The position numbers and the translations under genes were made by a program. This document shows positions 1 to 13,439 of a DNA stretch of 64,000 bases, in pieces. Under the pieces are notes generated by a model. It did no database searches and was not told the DNA's origin. It saw nothing but the letters and a program-made list of their open reading frames with translations. The stretch's first letter is position 1. Every line of letters begins with the position of its first letter. The stretch is from positions 55,676,001-55,740,000 of the forward strand of contig OZ241828.1 of the NCBI GenBank assembly GCA_965202585.1, given 5' to 3'. This DNA comes from Thalia democratica (Eukaryota).

Positions 1-3000
1 CAACTAGGGTTCTCAACTTGATTTAGAAAAACTAAAATCAATCAGATTTTTTGTTACAATTTAATAAAGTTTTGAATAACAATTATTGTATATGACGGTT
101 CCACAAGGAATGAAAACTGTAGAAATTTGTCAAGTGTTATTTTTAATTTAAAATAATACGTTTATAATTCTTGACTTGATCTGGAGGGTTAAAATCAATA
201 TTAAGTTTATATAAATAAAATTATTTCTAAACAGGAATTGTTATACCGGAATATTTGTGTGTGAATGAGTACGTTGTATGTTAAGATAAAAACGTTAATA
301 GATCTCTGTTGCGCCTGTTCATAGATAGTTGAAAAAGTATGAGTGTACTGTACGTTGTATGTTAAAAGTGAACATTTTTGAGTTAAAAAAAACGATTACT
401 TTCTCAGATAAGTCTAGCTAGAAAATAAAAATAAATCAGACGTTCATTACAACACATTTTGTTTCATAAAAAATTATTTAACGTCTGAGAATGCACTAAA
501 GAAATTGTCACAGCATAATAAATTTTAAATATTGTGTCGGGCTTCTCTTTAAATGAGTATAAAATATTTTTTTTAATAGAAGCACTTGTAGAAAAAATTA
601 AAAAAGACAGCAAAGCTAAATAAAGTTTATTATATTTTGTAAGTTAAATCGCCTACAAAACCGTCAAATTAGTATTATATTTAAATACTGTTAATAAAAT
701 ATTGTAATCTGTCTCATTATATAAGTTGAGAACTTTTACTATACACTTGAAAACTTAAAGTATAACATTATATTTTAATCAAACTAATCTGCGGATTTCA
801 CTTAGTGTTCTTTTGGTTGTTTGATAAGTTACCTATACTCGTTGAAAATTATAATAACATGGCATGCAATTACTGAAAACACTCAGGTTGTTGCAACGAG
901 GCTATAAAAGCAATGTGAATGTAATTTTCAAATCATTTATTTCTAAACATATAAAGTTTTAAGTTTGCATGAACAAAATTTAACTAAGCATATCAAAAAA
1001 AAGTATAGAAAACGAAAATAATAAAAATTAACTACTTAAACCAATGTACAACCAATTTTTACAAAATAAATAAAAATGTTAAAAAAATGACAAGCGAACA
1101 GAAAAAACAAAGCACATTTAACCTTATAAAATTTTCAAAAACAATATAAAAGTTAATTTCTAATATTTTTTTTATGTTCTATAACGGTCATTTTTCAGAC
1201 AGGTCGAACAAGTTTTTGTTAATCAAGGTTGATATAAAATAACTTTTTCAAAAAATTTTAATTGAATATAAAAAACAGAATTTAAACATTAATTTGGATT
1301 CCATAAACTTAGAAAATTTGTTTTGTTTAAAATACACCTTTTGACTTTTTAATACATTGACTTTTTAAATACACCAAGAAAATATTTTTGAAGTAATTTT
1401 TCTATAATATTAACAATCTTGTAATATATATATATGTATGTACAAAAACTAATTACAAAATAGAAAATTAAAAAAAAATCGAATCAAATTCAATCACTTG
1501 CACTGCAAATTTTTAAACAGCGTGTTAATGGTTCGACTACTAGAAGAGGCAACTTTCAGAAGAAAAAAAGAATTTTGACAAGGCACCATTAGAGAAGCAT
1601 CATTTCCACAAACAGATACAAGTAGCCTTCGTCGTAACGCTCCAGTGGTTTTCGCGCTTGGGTGAGCAGCAAAGTACAGATGATAAACATGAGAAATAAT
1701 ACCAGCTAATTTGCCTACTGTGTAAGTTTTCTTCGAAAGCATAACCTTTTGCCTCGAATTTTTTTTCTAACGAGCTTTGAAAAAGATTTCAAATATGTAA
1801 CTAAAAAGCATAATTGTAATAATTACAGTACAAAGCATAATCGAAAGCTGGAAATTTTTCAACTTTGACAATTAAATTCCAAGTATGGTTTCAGTTGGAT
1901 TAATTGAAATGAACTTTGTACGAGAAAAACAAGCTAGATTTAATTATGTAAATGTTTTTTTAATTTCAAATAAAAAACTTTTGATATCTTTTTTTTAACA
2001 TTTTTTTTCAAACTAATTATACATCTTTCTATAATCAAATAATTAAATTATAATCTAACTATATTTAACATTAAGTACTAAAGGCAATAAAATTTAAACA
2101 GCTATCAATGACAGATCACTTAATAATCATATTAAAGTTAAACTTAAATTTAACCCATGTACACATCTTATTTACAATGGTACAAAAATTAACATGAACA
2201 ATTGAGCTTACGGAAGCTAAATGCCAACTTACAGTACTTAAAAGTCTCGGTTGGATTAATTACAAAACACTAAATGTGCTTTGTCAAATTGTCGTGTACA
2301 AACTCAATAGATGTTTTTTGCGGTGTATAAATATGAATGTGATCAACCCTAACCTTTATCTTCTTGTTTGTTTGCTTAAAATCTAATTTATTGTAAATCT
2401 ATAAGCACTGCGTCTAAATTAGTACACAATTAATGTATAAAGTTCATTAGAGCAAAATAAGTGTGCATGAGGTTTTCTTATATAAACAGATAAATAAGGT
2501 TGTAATTAGTTTTTAGAAAAAAAAATTGTAAAATATAATATACGAAAAATTATACTTGGATGAGTTGCTTACTTTATTTTGCATAAATCGAATACTTTAA
2601 AGGTCTAAACATTTTTTCAAAACAACCTCAACCTGAATGTGTGAAGATTTTTCAGGGCAAACGCGACAGATAAGTAACAGCAAACGTTAACAAAAAATAC
2701 ACGAAGCCTGACAAAACAACCTGACAAAGCAAACTGCAAGCATCTCAACTACCTCGGGCGATTCGGCAAGCACAAAAGCGACTTTCTCACAACCTATTCG
2801 CTCACAAACACGGCTTATAAATTTTACACCTCCAACTTAACGTCACTTTCCTGCTTGATTTGCTCATCTCTGATGGATAAGTTGCTTGTTTTTGTTTTTT
2901 CAAAGTTCAACAAACAAGTTGTCTTAAAATAAAAAGGATGTTTTGGAAATTTTTTCACTTAATTTTGAACGTCGCCTTTGTATGCTTATTTTGTTGTTAA

Positions 3001-5274
3001 AAATTAATAAGTTCGGGAGGTAAAATATGATATTTTACATACATTTTCGATTCTCGTTAAAAAAAACAAATTTGACAACTTTTTAATGAAAGTTATTTGT
3101 TTTTGCATGTTTTTATTATTGAAATTCGATTAAATGTTTTCAATAAATCATACAGAACCATTTAACACAAATCTTTTTAGATACGTACTTTTGTAAAAAC
3201 ATGTGTATTAATGTTTTAACATGATTTATTTGATGATTTAACATTTTAAACTCTGATTTCTTATTCATTTACTTTATACAAATATCTTAGTAACATTAGT
3301 ATTTAGAAGCGGTCTTGCTTATTATTATGTGAAAGTTAAACTAATGGATATTTAACTACAGTTTTTTAAAAGCTTTATTAAGAAAATACACGAAAAAAAT
3401 ATTTTAAACTTTTAATTTTCAATTTTAATAGCTACATAGTACAGAAAATTTTATAAGTTTTAAACTTTGAAAACACAAAACCAACTTTAATTTTGTGTAC
3501 TTAATTAAAATAGAAGTTTTAATTGGTATACAACACACATAGTTATAAAAATCAAAAAAGTTGAAGTATAACTTATTTAATAAAAATATAAGTTAAATTA
3601 AGCATACAGTTTTTAAAATTTTAACTTAAACAGACATGTTGTGAACAACAGTACTGTAAAACTTTCCAAAGTTTTATAACTTGTTTTATTGTTTCAAGAC
3701 CATGAATCTTTTTCAAACAACGAAGTCAAAAATGACTCGGTTTCAGCAAAAAAAATAACATGATGATAAAACAAAAACGACAAAAAGCGCAAAAGTAGCA
3801 GAGATGAGTGATGAGCGATGAAATGGAAACTCACACGGTGAGTCAGAATCACTGGTGCGTGAAGAAGCAACTTTAAAACTTGCAACCTTTCAACTTTGCT
3901 GGGTTAAGAAGCCTTGCGAATGCTTTTTAATTTGCCTTTTTTTGCGTTAAATCGTTTATCTTAGCACCATAAATTTAAATAAATTGTCGACTTTTGGTAA
4001 ACTGTGCATAACTTTATCTTTAAATATTGTCGTTATCATATGGCTAATTGTGATGCAGACTATAGTATACATTACTCAACTGCTCAGAACTTTTCAACTG
4101 AGTTTTAAACAATAGCGTTAAAAAAATATATAAGGAGCTTTAAAAAGTTAACTAGAAAAAGTGTTTATTTAACAAAATACAAAAGTTGCATTTTCCTAAT
4201 TTACAAATTGAACTACAGCAATATGGACTGTAGCCATAAGATATTTGTTACTCCGTGGGTTTTGAAAAAATATATTAAATTGAATTAAGTATAACAACAT
4301 ATCAATTTTTTTAACTTGAACAAACCACAAAAAAAAACGTTTTAATGCCTTAAACCAACCAAAAGTATTAACAATCATGAGGTACTAAACACTGCTTTTT
4401 AAATTTTAAAATTTTGTTACAAGTGTTATAATTAATAAAATACTATTTAACTCTTTTTTAATTTGTAGTTAGCTAAATATAAAAATTTATATAAATATAA
4501 ATCAAATTAAGTTAATTTAATTTTGTTAAACATTTAAAAAAACCAACTGACAAATTATTTTGAAATGAAATGCTGAGTGATGGTTAAAAAAAAAAAAGCT
4601 TAATCCTGCATTTTCATACATTTCTTATAGTTTTCTTGAAAACATTACATTATTTTCATCAATTTACATAAAACTTTATACTACATTTTATTTACAAAAA
4701 CCCTTCTTATGTGCTACATCTAGTTAAAACTCTAAAAAGAACAAAAAGACAAAATTTAATTAGCTCAATAGCATTTTTTAGATTTTTTAAATTCAAAGCT
4801 CTTATAAGTAAAGCTTCATAACATTATTTTTGTATAGTCAAAACTGTTGAAGTTTTTATTTATTTTTTTACAGATCACTCACCAGCGCGAATATTTGAAG
4901 AAAAAAACTTTCAAGAAACTTTTTTTTTACTAACCAAGGTAAAACGTAAAAATTCAAACAGAACATTTCATTTGTACATAAAGAAATAATTAATCAAACA
5001 GAAACGCAATATTTCAAGGAAATTTTATCTTTGAAACTTTTATCATATAGATCACTCACCAGTGCGAACGGGGTGCACCTTTAGTGTGCTGCATTTTCTT
5101 AAAACTCAAAAGATCGCAAAACAACAAACTTAAAAAACAAAGATTTCTGAAGAGAAAGAATTGTAAATGTAAACCAGTAAAATTTGATGAAAACAAATCA
5201 ACTAATTTGCGTAGAGGCTTAAATTTTTAAGTTAAAAAGTTTTTTAAACTTATATTTTTTTCCTTGATACTAAC

Positions 5275-8010
5275 CAGGGCGAACAGGGTGCAGATGAGAG
5301 ACATGCCGAGTAGGACGCTGACGAAGTTGTGCACTTCGACGTGGTCCGTGTCGCTGAAGTACTGCGTGTTGCACCGCATCGCGCACCCCTCTATTGCGTC
5401 ATAATACGAATCCTCGTGGTTAGTGGGGATCAGCGGCGGGATGCAGTTGGAAGCGTTGAACTTTATCTTGTCCTCCTTCCTCGGCTGTTGACAAGTTTTG
5501 AGTTTGTTGATTAGGCCTAGGCGGCTTGTTTAATAAAACCTAAAATAATTTCTAAAAATTTCAAAAAGTATATACTAAAACTACAGTAAACAACGTCTAG
5601 ACTAAATTAAACAAATATATATTAGTCAAGTATAATTTTTATTAAATAACTTTAAAATCAGCATTATTGTATGTAAAATATTTGTTTCAATAATTAAAAA
5701 CTTTAAAAGTATTAGTAGAGTAAGAAAAACTGTATAGAACTTGAATTCATATACAAAGTACACAAAATGTCCAAAACATATTGAAAATAAAAATGAGAGT
5801 TAAGTAGCAGACATTCAAAATAAACTTAAACCACAAATTTTACTGCATACACTTAAATTTTTTAAGGGATATTGTGTAAAAATATTAGTACTCTGTAAAA
5901 TTTTATACACTACTAGTTTCTCATTGAGTAGAGTTTAATGCGACAATGCCAAAACAGGGACTATTTAAATAAATTTTTATGTAAAAAATCAACTTTAAAT
6001 TCTGCATGTGTGATATATTTAGAAATTTGAAAAATAATAACTCATAGAGATACTAATATTTCCATAGTTCATTTCTTTTCAAAATAACTAGCTTTAACTA
6101 TAAGAAACAACCAGTCAGAAGAAAATGATTTTTAAAAATAAGTTAATGTTTTTCATATAAATAAAATCAACAAACTTTTAATAATACTTTAAAGCTATTT
6201 AAATGTTTTTGAAATGACTACACAAATATTATAAGTATAACTAGTACTTGACTAAATATTTGACATAATGTATAAATTTATAAAGTATGTGGTTAAAAAT
6301 TGTTCATGTTTTTTTAAGTTAAAATTCATACTAAATAAGACCAAAAAAATTATGGCTTACCTCACATTGGTCTTTTGCAAATACTCGATTATTCGAGCAA
6401 TGTAAGTACTGAGGCCAGCCCACGTTGTTGTACACCGATTTGCAAGATTCTTTAGCCAAGTTGCACAGAGTACTGTAAATTTTTCACATGAAAAACTTGT
6501 TAAAAGATTATTAGAGAAGTTTTAACAGTAATGTTTATTCAAACTATCTGTACTTGAAAATTGAAAAATATTGTAGAAAAGACTTCAGCTTTGTTTTGTA
6601 GCCAATTAAAATTGTATTTATTGAAAATAATGTTGCGAACTTTATGTATCTTAGATTGTAATCTAAACTAACTAAACTCAAAACTTAAAAATATATAACT
6701 TTTTATGAATAAATAAAAATATGTTGCAAGTTTGGGTATAAAATAGGCACTTATAAAATACATTGTCAACTGAGTTGTAAGACAATGTCTACAAAAATGT
6801 AATTTAAAAAAAACTCAACTAATTTCAAAAAAAGCGTTAAAGTTATTTAAAATTAATTTAATACGATTTAAACTTTACTATTAATACTAAAATTTTTGTA
6901 CATTTAAAATAAATCTATACAACATGCAAATGATATTTATTAACCTTGAAGGTAGCTGTATTCTGTTTTCTTCACATCTTGGCAGGAAAACTGAGCATAG
7001 AAAGGGTTGGACAACTTCCCAGCATCTTGGTGATGCTTTCAAATCTAAATTACACAATTTCAAATTCTAAAAATCAAGCTATTGATTAAGTTATGAGTAA
7101 TGAAAGTTAGAGTAAATAAAATCTATTGTTTCAAGTTGAAACTCTTAAAACACTTAAGTGTTTACTTTCAAACTAATATTTAAAAACTACTATTGCATTT
7201 ATTAGATAAAAAATTTAAAAAAATTAAAATGTAAAAATAATTTTAAAACAAAAAAATATAAATTAACAATAACTTAAAGTTTCTCTATCCAAAAACTTTT
7301 ATTAGCTTAGCTATTCATACACACATTTCATATTTTTTGCAACTTAAAGTTTCATTACTAGGTACTTTCTTTTAAAGCTAATATTTATTTTCTTACCAAA
7401 TTTTTTAAAACTACTATATTGTTTACTTTTTAGATGATATATTTAAAAGTTTAAGATAAAACAGTAAATCAATCTGCTTGTTATGTGATTTAATAAATGA
7501 AAAGGTTTAAAATTACTGAACCATAGAGCCATTATTTTTAATAACTGTTTTACTATTTGGGCATTAGGTGTTTCAAAGAGCTTTTTACAAGAAACAATAT
7601 AGACTATTATTTGTAAACTTATGTACTTAAAACTAATTTCTATAAAAAACATCATTAAAGGTTTCTTGTACAAACGCTCAGAAGAAAAACATTTCATTAT
7701 CAATTTAAAATTTTCAATATCACTAAAATCTCCTTTTAAGTTCATTTAGCTTACTCTCAATAAAGTGAAAGGATTTTTTTTATTGAAAAACTTTTCAAAC
7801 TTTTGGTTTTTATCTTAAACGCAACTTACTTGCATATTGACGCAAAAGCTTGGCAGTTTCTTTGAAAGAGTTGGTTGTGTTGGGAGACAGTTGGAAGGAG
7901 GTGGCTTTGTAAGGGATGGTGGCACCAAAGCAAGTGGCCTGATTGGTCGCGTTAAACACGTGACAAGCGTCCACTGGCTTGACAAGTTGGCAAGTTGATA
8001 TTGAATTCAT
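5275..8010 (-). CDS. SMO: Smoothened (Frizzled-class 7TM Hedgehog transducer), 5' part: cysteine-rich domain, linker and TM1
   Basis: Minus-strand exons join in frame with GT-AG ends: 7830-(7977 or further 5', boundary uncertain), 6945-7044, 6361-6472, 5275-5484. Translation ...CFGATIPYKATSFQLSPNTTNSFKETAKLLRQYA/NLKASPRCWEVVQPFLCSVFLPRCEENRIQLPS/STLCNLAKESCKSVYNNVGWPQYLHC...CE/PRKEDKIKFNASNCIPPLIPT...IEGCAMRC...HNFVSVLLGMSLICTLFAL resembles the SMO CRD pattern (PRCW..IQPLLC.VYMPKC....ELPS..LC...C......GWP..L.C; EGCG.QC). Downstream exons were not found in 1-5274 and no signal-peptide exon was found. Confidence 0.9.
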
Positions 8011-10082
8011 TATTAATTAGTTCATTACTAGCTGTAAGCTGTAAAATAACTTTTCAGATGGTATATGTCACATAAAGCCTCTTGTACAACACATAGAAGA
8101 AAAACTATTCATTGTCAGTTTAAAGAATATTTAAAGAAATACTGGCATTAATCTTAAAAGTATATAAAATTGAAAACTATGACTCCCAATTATAAAACTA
8201 CACATTAAAGAAAAAAAGTCATTTTTTCATATCATTAATTGAAAAACTGAAATGATCAGAAGTTAGTTAAAAATAAATTGTAAGCGATCTTTCATTTAAA
8301 CTGTTTATTAGTTAAAGAAAAAAATGTTTAATTAAAGTTATAGTATTAATTATTTTAGATTTACTTTTGTGACTGAAAGCCCTTGCTTAATTTTTTTTTT
8401 TTTTTGCAATAAATAAACAACATGTCTAAGTGCAATATATTTTGATTGATAATAATTTACTTTTTCTTCTCAAGTGTCAGTAATACAAATAGAGATATGC
8501 TCTTTTCGAACTATAACAAACTAAGCTTGTTAAAACTTCAATGGATTTTAACAAAAAAATACCAACTATTATTGAAATACAACGAGTATGTTACTTTACA
8601 AATAATTAGTACCAAGTTTTAAAGAACAAAAGTGTTCCAATATTTAAAAAATAATTAAATCAATATAAACTTAATTTAGTTATTTAGGTATAAAAGTATT
8701 TTTAAAATAAGTCATTTAATAATATCAATACTTAAAAAACCATCTAATTGAAATTGAAAAAAAATTTGATTCATAAGAATCAAAACATAAAACTTTAAAC
8801 TATAAAATATTATAATCTATTTTTATTACACTTATTTTATTGTTTAACTAAAGCTTTAAAATGTATGTAACAACAATTATATACTTTTTATGTGCCATTC
8901 TATACTTTTAAGCTTACAAACAGTTATTTAAAACCCTACTTTTTTTAAACTATATTTTCATTAGAAACCTAAAATAAGTAGTTAATTTTTTAAAAGTAAA
9001 AACTATTTTTCATACCAATTACAATATAAAAGTAGCTGATATAAACTTTACACTAGTAAAAATGAAAAAATAATAATTTTGTTACCATAAAAAGAAGTTA
9101 AGTATAAATTTTAAAAATATATTCCAAGATTTTTTATAAATTTTGAAAAATTAAACAGAGATAATTTTTAAAAGTGTGCTTTAAAGTTTAGGAGATAGAT
9201 TTTTAGTGAAATAGTTTTCTTTTTACTGTTTTAGCTTGTGTCTTCCCTAAAGAGCCTCATAAACTTTTATTGTTTATATCTCAACTATTATATTTTTTAG
9301 CAAAAAGTAAATAGTAACTAATAGCTTGGTAATTAATTAAAAAATTAAAATCAAAAATATGACTTTTTTCTTTAGGCCCATAAATTATTTTTTTGATCAT
9401 TTGTCTTTAACAAAAGTAATTAAAATATTCAAAATATATAAATTAATTATAAAACTGTTCATTTTAGCTAAACAAATTCAAATTGTGTTTGTAAATATAT
9501 TTTTGTTATTTTACACAACTTCAAAACTGTATAAAAGTATAAACTTCAAAATTATTTAAAACTTTACTTTCAAGATTCTTTTTGTACATGTGTCAGCTAT
9601 GGGTTTTAATCTTACAACTTTCAACTCGAAGGCTTTTTAAAAGACGTTACTAAGACCCTACACTATCGGGAAACAATTTTAATTGGCACCATTGATTGTA
9701 TGGCAGCTTGTGTTTTAAAAATTTGAACAACAATATTAGAAATAACTTTAGGATCTTTTATTGTCAAATTTACTGCAATTAAGTGGACCTGATATAAAGA
9801 AGGATTTTAAAATCATTGAGCTACTGATTTTTATAATAATAAAAAAACATCAGTTTGCTATTCTGCCTTTCAAAAAAATAAATTGTTTGTGAGCAAAAGA
9901 AGTGTATGACATCATGTTTAATTTACCTGCCCTATTAATACTTCACTTTTATTTTACCAAAAATAATTTAAAAGCTATGTTTGTATAAATAAAAAATCCT
10001 CAATGAATATTCTTAAATCTAAACAACTTGAAGTTTATTGATAAATTTCATTTTTGGTTGCTTATAAAGGTTAGGTCAATTG

Positions 10083-10486
10083 GGTTATGCTTAACTTTTG
10101 GTGAGCACCAATATCAAACTGAAAATATAATACATTTGATGTCTTATTTAACCATAATTTTAGGCTAAAAAAACAATACTTTGTTTTAAACAAGCTATAT
10201 AAATACATAGAAAGAACTAAATTAATATATTATAAACTAAAATATTTAACCAATTTTATTTTATAATATCAGAATCAATACAAATTATTATATTGATATA
10301 ATCACTTTATATTGTAAAATAAAAGGAATTAAATTTTTAAGCTTATTAGTTTATGATACATAAGTTCAATTTTATTTGTGTAATTATAAAAGATAAATTT
10401 TTAGCATAAAATTATGATTAAATAAGACATCAAATATATTATGATTTCAGCTTGGTAATGGTGCTCACTTAAAGTTAAGCATAACC
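10083..10486. mobile_element. MITE with ~110-bp imperfect TIRs and 8-bp TSD (7/8)
   Basis: GGTTATGCTTAACTT..GGTGAGCACCA..TTGATGTCTTATTTAA is mirrored by TTAAATAAGACATCAA..TGGTGCTCAC..AAGTTAAGCATAACC. Flanks GTCAATTG / ATCAATTG. Confidence 0.8.
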
Positions 10487-10725
10487 ATCAATTGTTTTGA
10501 AAAACAATATTAATCACCAATAAAGAACCATCCCTGTTTTTTTTTATGATGAAGTTAACACCTGCTTTACAATTACAACTTTGCAGCATTTGTTTCACTG
10601 GTTACAAACAATACATTATTATTTTAAACGTTCAGTATTTTCTACAAAAAGGCAACTTATAGTAAACTTTTTATCATGTATTAAAATAAAGAAAAAAACT
10701 GAAAATACTGATTTAAGTACTAAAC

Positions 10726-10727
<2 letters not shown>

Positions 10728-10762
<35 letters not shown>
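10728..10762. repeat. (AT)n microsatellite
   Basis: Uninterrupted TA dinucleotide run. Confidence 0.95.
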
Positions 10763-10768
<6 letters not shown>

Positions 10769-10979
10769 TGTTAAACATAATTCCTTAATTTTTTTGATAT
10801 TAATTTAAAATTAATACACGGCTGAACAGATTTGTGTTTAAACTTTTTACATTTGTATATATAGTTTCATAAATATCTATAAACTAAAAAATACTATTGG
10901 TAAAAAACATGTTTAAGACGTTGAAATTAAAGTAACGCTTCTTTTACTAAAAATGTAAATATTCAATAGGTCATTAGTT

Positions 10980-11090
10980 TCCTAGACAAGACTTTAAAAG
11001 GTATCCGTACCGTGGTGTGCGACTCGATAACCGAAAGGTTCTTTGTTTTCAAGGTCCTGAGACCAAGTTTTTTGTCGCTCAATGATATAT
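10980..11090 (+). repeat. ~125-bp structured interspersed repeat, copy 1
   Basis: TCCTAGACAAGAC..GGTGTGCGACTCGATAACCGAAAGGTT..GGTCCT, shared with five other loci. Confidence 0.8.
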
Positions 11091-11312
11091 ATATTTATAT
11101 ATATGTATTAAAAATACTTTAGGTGTAATTTTTTTAATTTAGTAAAAACACTCTAGTTTTTTATTTTTGTTTTACATAGTTATTATATGCACTACATTTT
11201 ATTAAATAACCAGTAGTTATTACGGCCATCATCAACAGAGTTGAGATGTTTCGCGCCATCAATAATAATTAATGAACTTTACCGTGAGATCAACAACAAC
11301 AGCATCCGAGAC

Positions 11313-13009
11313 GGGAGCGGGTCAGAATGACACAGCGACAAAATGACACGGTGGTCAAATAGACACGGTGCGTCACTTTGGCACGGCGACAAAATGACAC
11401 GGTGCGTCACTTTGGCACAGAGGGTCACTTTGGCACGGCGACAAAATGACACGGTGCGTCACTTTGGCACAGAGGGTCACTTTGGCACAGCGACAAAACG
11501 ACACGGTGCGTCACTTTGGCACGGAGGGTCACTTTGGCACAGCGACAAAACGACACGGTGTGTCAGTTTGGCACGGAGGGTCACTTTGGCACAGCGACAA
11601 AATGACATGGTGCGTCACTTTGGCACAGAGGGTCACTTTGGCACATCGACAAAATGACACGGTGCGTCACTTTGGCGCAGCGATAAAATGACACGGTGCG
11701 TCACTTTAGCACAGCGACAAAATGACACGGTGGTTAATAAGGGAGGGAACGATTTGTTGTGAAACTTCAATCTTCATTGGTATGGACAACGATCTTATTT
11801 TTCTAACAAACTTTTCGGTTTCCTGTCTTCTAACCGGTTATGTAGAATCAGCAACAATCACATTGATTAACTTTAAAAAAAATGACCGCAGGAATTTTTG
11901 ATCGTGACTTCATAAAATAAAGTGAAACACGTAATGTTTATACCTTCTATTCTCATCGTCGTACTTATAAAAAACATGCTCGTTTTTAAGCAATAGCAAG
12001 GTGTTAGGTGTGCTTAAAAGCTGTGCTTAATAAACAACAACTAGTTGTTTATACCAAACAACGTTCACAAAGATGCAAAAGCAGCAATTACTTTAACAAA
12101 ATACGACTGCCAAAGTTAACGAAAAGTTATTTTTGATTACTTTCGAATGGAAAATCTTAAACACAGTTTAGTACTAGAACTTGAAACGAGTAATAAAAAT
12201 TAGAAAATGACTTGCCATTTTACGACTAAAAAGATAAAAACTCATATAAACATAACATTTAAACTTCAGCAACATTCTGATTTAAAAAATACAATCTTCA
12301 TTTTAGATCAATCATTCAGTACATTAAAACAATAAACTAGTAGATGTAAATACAGAGGAAAATTTGTTTTATAAACTAAAACTCAGACGTTATCGAAAGC
12401 AACTTTTCTGCTGTTGTAATTCTAAATTCTAATGCGGTTCTTATTTTACGTTTTTATGCTTAAAAAAATTAATACTTGCGCTATTTTGGCGACTTAATAG
12501 GTTGCAAGATTAAATATAGAAAATTAAATATTATTTTCATAACAAAGTGACGCACCGTGTCATTTTGTCGCTGTGCCAAAATGACGCACCGTGCCTAAGT
12601 TACGCACCGTGTCATTTCGTCGCTGTGCCAAAGTGACCCTCCGTGCCAAAGTGACGCACCGTGTCGCTTTGTCGCTGTGCCAAAGTGACCCTCTGTGCCA
12701 AAGTGACGCACCATGTCATTTTGTCGCTGTGCCAAAGTGACGCTCCATGTCATTTAGTCGCTGTGCCAAAGTGACCCTCCGTGCCAAAGTGACACACCGT
12801 GCCAAGGTGACGCACCGTGTCATTTTGTCGCTGTGCCAAAGTGACGCACCGTGCCAGAGTGACGCACCGTGTCATTTTGTCACTGTGCCAAAGTGACGCA
12901 CCGTGTCATTTTGTCGCCGTGCCAAAGTGACCATCCGTGTCGAAGTGACGCACCGTGCCAAAGTGACGCACCGTGTCATTTTGTCGCTGTGTCATTCTGA
13001 CACCCACCC
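11313..13009. mobile_element. Foldback-type (Mutator-like) non-autonomous element with tandem-repeat inverted arms and perfect 8-bp TSD
   Basis: Left arm ~11313-11733 and right arm ~12546-13009 are inverted arrays of GTCACTTTGGCAC / GCGACAAAATGACACGGTG units. Termini GGGAGCGGGTCAGAATGACAC and (reverse complement) GGGTGGGTGTCAGAATGACAC. TCCGAGAC directly repeated at 11305-11312 and 13010-13017. Confidence 0.9.
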
Positions 13010-13400
13010 TCCGAGACAACCTACGCTACGACCGGTTTCATGATGACGCGAAACATCTCAACCAGACATGTTAAAAAGCTCTGCTTTGTTTACTCGAGCG
13101 TGAAATTACTAACTTAAAACAAACCAAAGTTTATACGCTTCATTGCTGAATTACCATAGTAACTATTAGCATTTTACCAACTCTGATCTGAACTCTATTG
13201 ATGATGACCGTAATAACTACTAGTTAAAACTGAAAAAACGAGCACAGACTATAATCTCACAATAAGCTGACAATGTCTTAGGCGTTGGGCTGTGAATGAT
13301 TAGGCTGAATCAATTAATCGGACTTAACCCACAAATAATCGCTTCAGTGCTTTTCAATTAAACCCACTTGGTTAGAGCACAACAGCGGTTTCACGCGACT

Positions 13401-13439
13401 ATGTCTGCCTGATGAGTCCTAATTGAGACGAAACCGGTC
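13401..13439 (+). ncRNA. Hammerhead ribozyme motif (type I architecture, palindromic helix III); 3' strand of helix I missing in this copy
   Basis: CTGATGA (13409-15) - GTC[ctaattga]GAC (helix II) - GAAA (13430-33) - CCGG - TC (GUC cleavage triplet ending 13439). All core positions match the established hammerhead consensus. The bases after the site (TGATG) do not pair with the upstream ATGTCTGC. Confidence 0.7.

Noticed and set aside
1494-1742. 82-aa minus-strand ORF, and a hydrophobic alternative frame, as a possible next Smo exon
   Set aside because: Only superficial similarity (GALRRR..VC); no DW/RYP motif and no splice sites giving an open in-phase exon.
2640-3900. Moderately GC-rich patches at 2640-2880 and 3694-3900
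   Set aside because: All frames I checked are closed by stops or unrecognisable; no supportable gene call.
11343-11691. Two overlapping repetitive ORFs (104 and 81 aa)
   Set aside because: Translations of the foldback arm's tandem units, which happen to lack stops; mirrored on the opposite strand at 12546-13009.
11313-11733. CRISPR-like appearance of the repeat array
   Set aside because: No unique spacers, eukaryotic context, and an inverted partner with a TSD.
11920-12110. Possible decayed FLYWCH-like zinc-finger fragment inside the foldback element
   Set aside because: Needs several frameshifts and stop read-throughs; too weak without a profile search.
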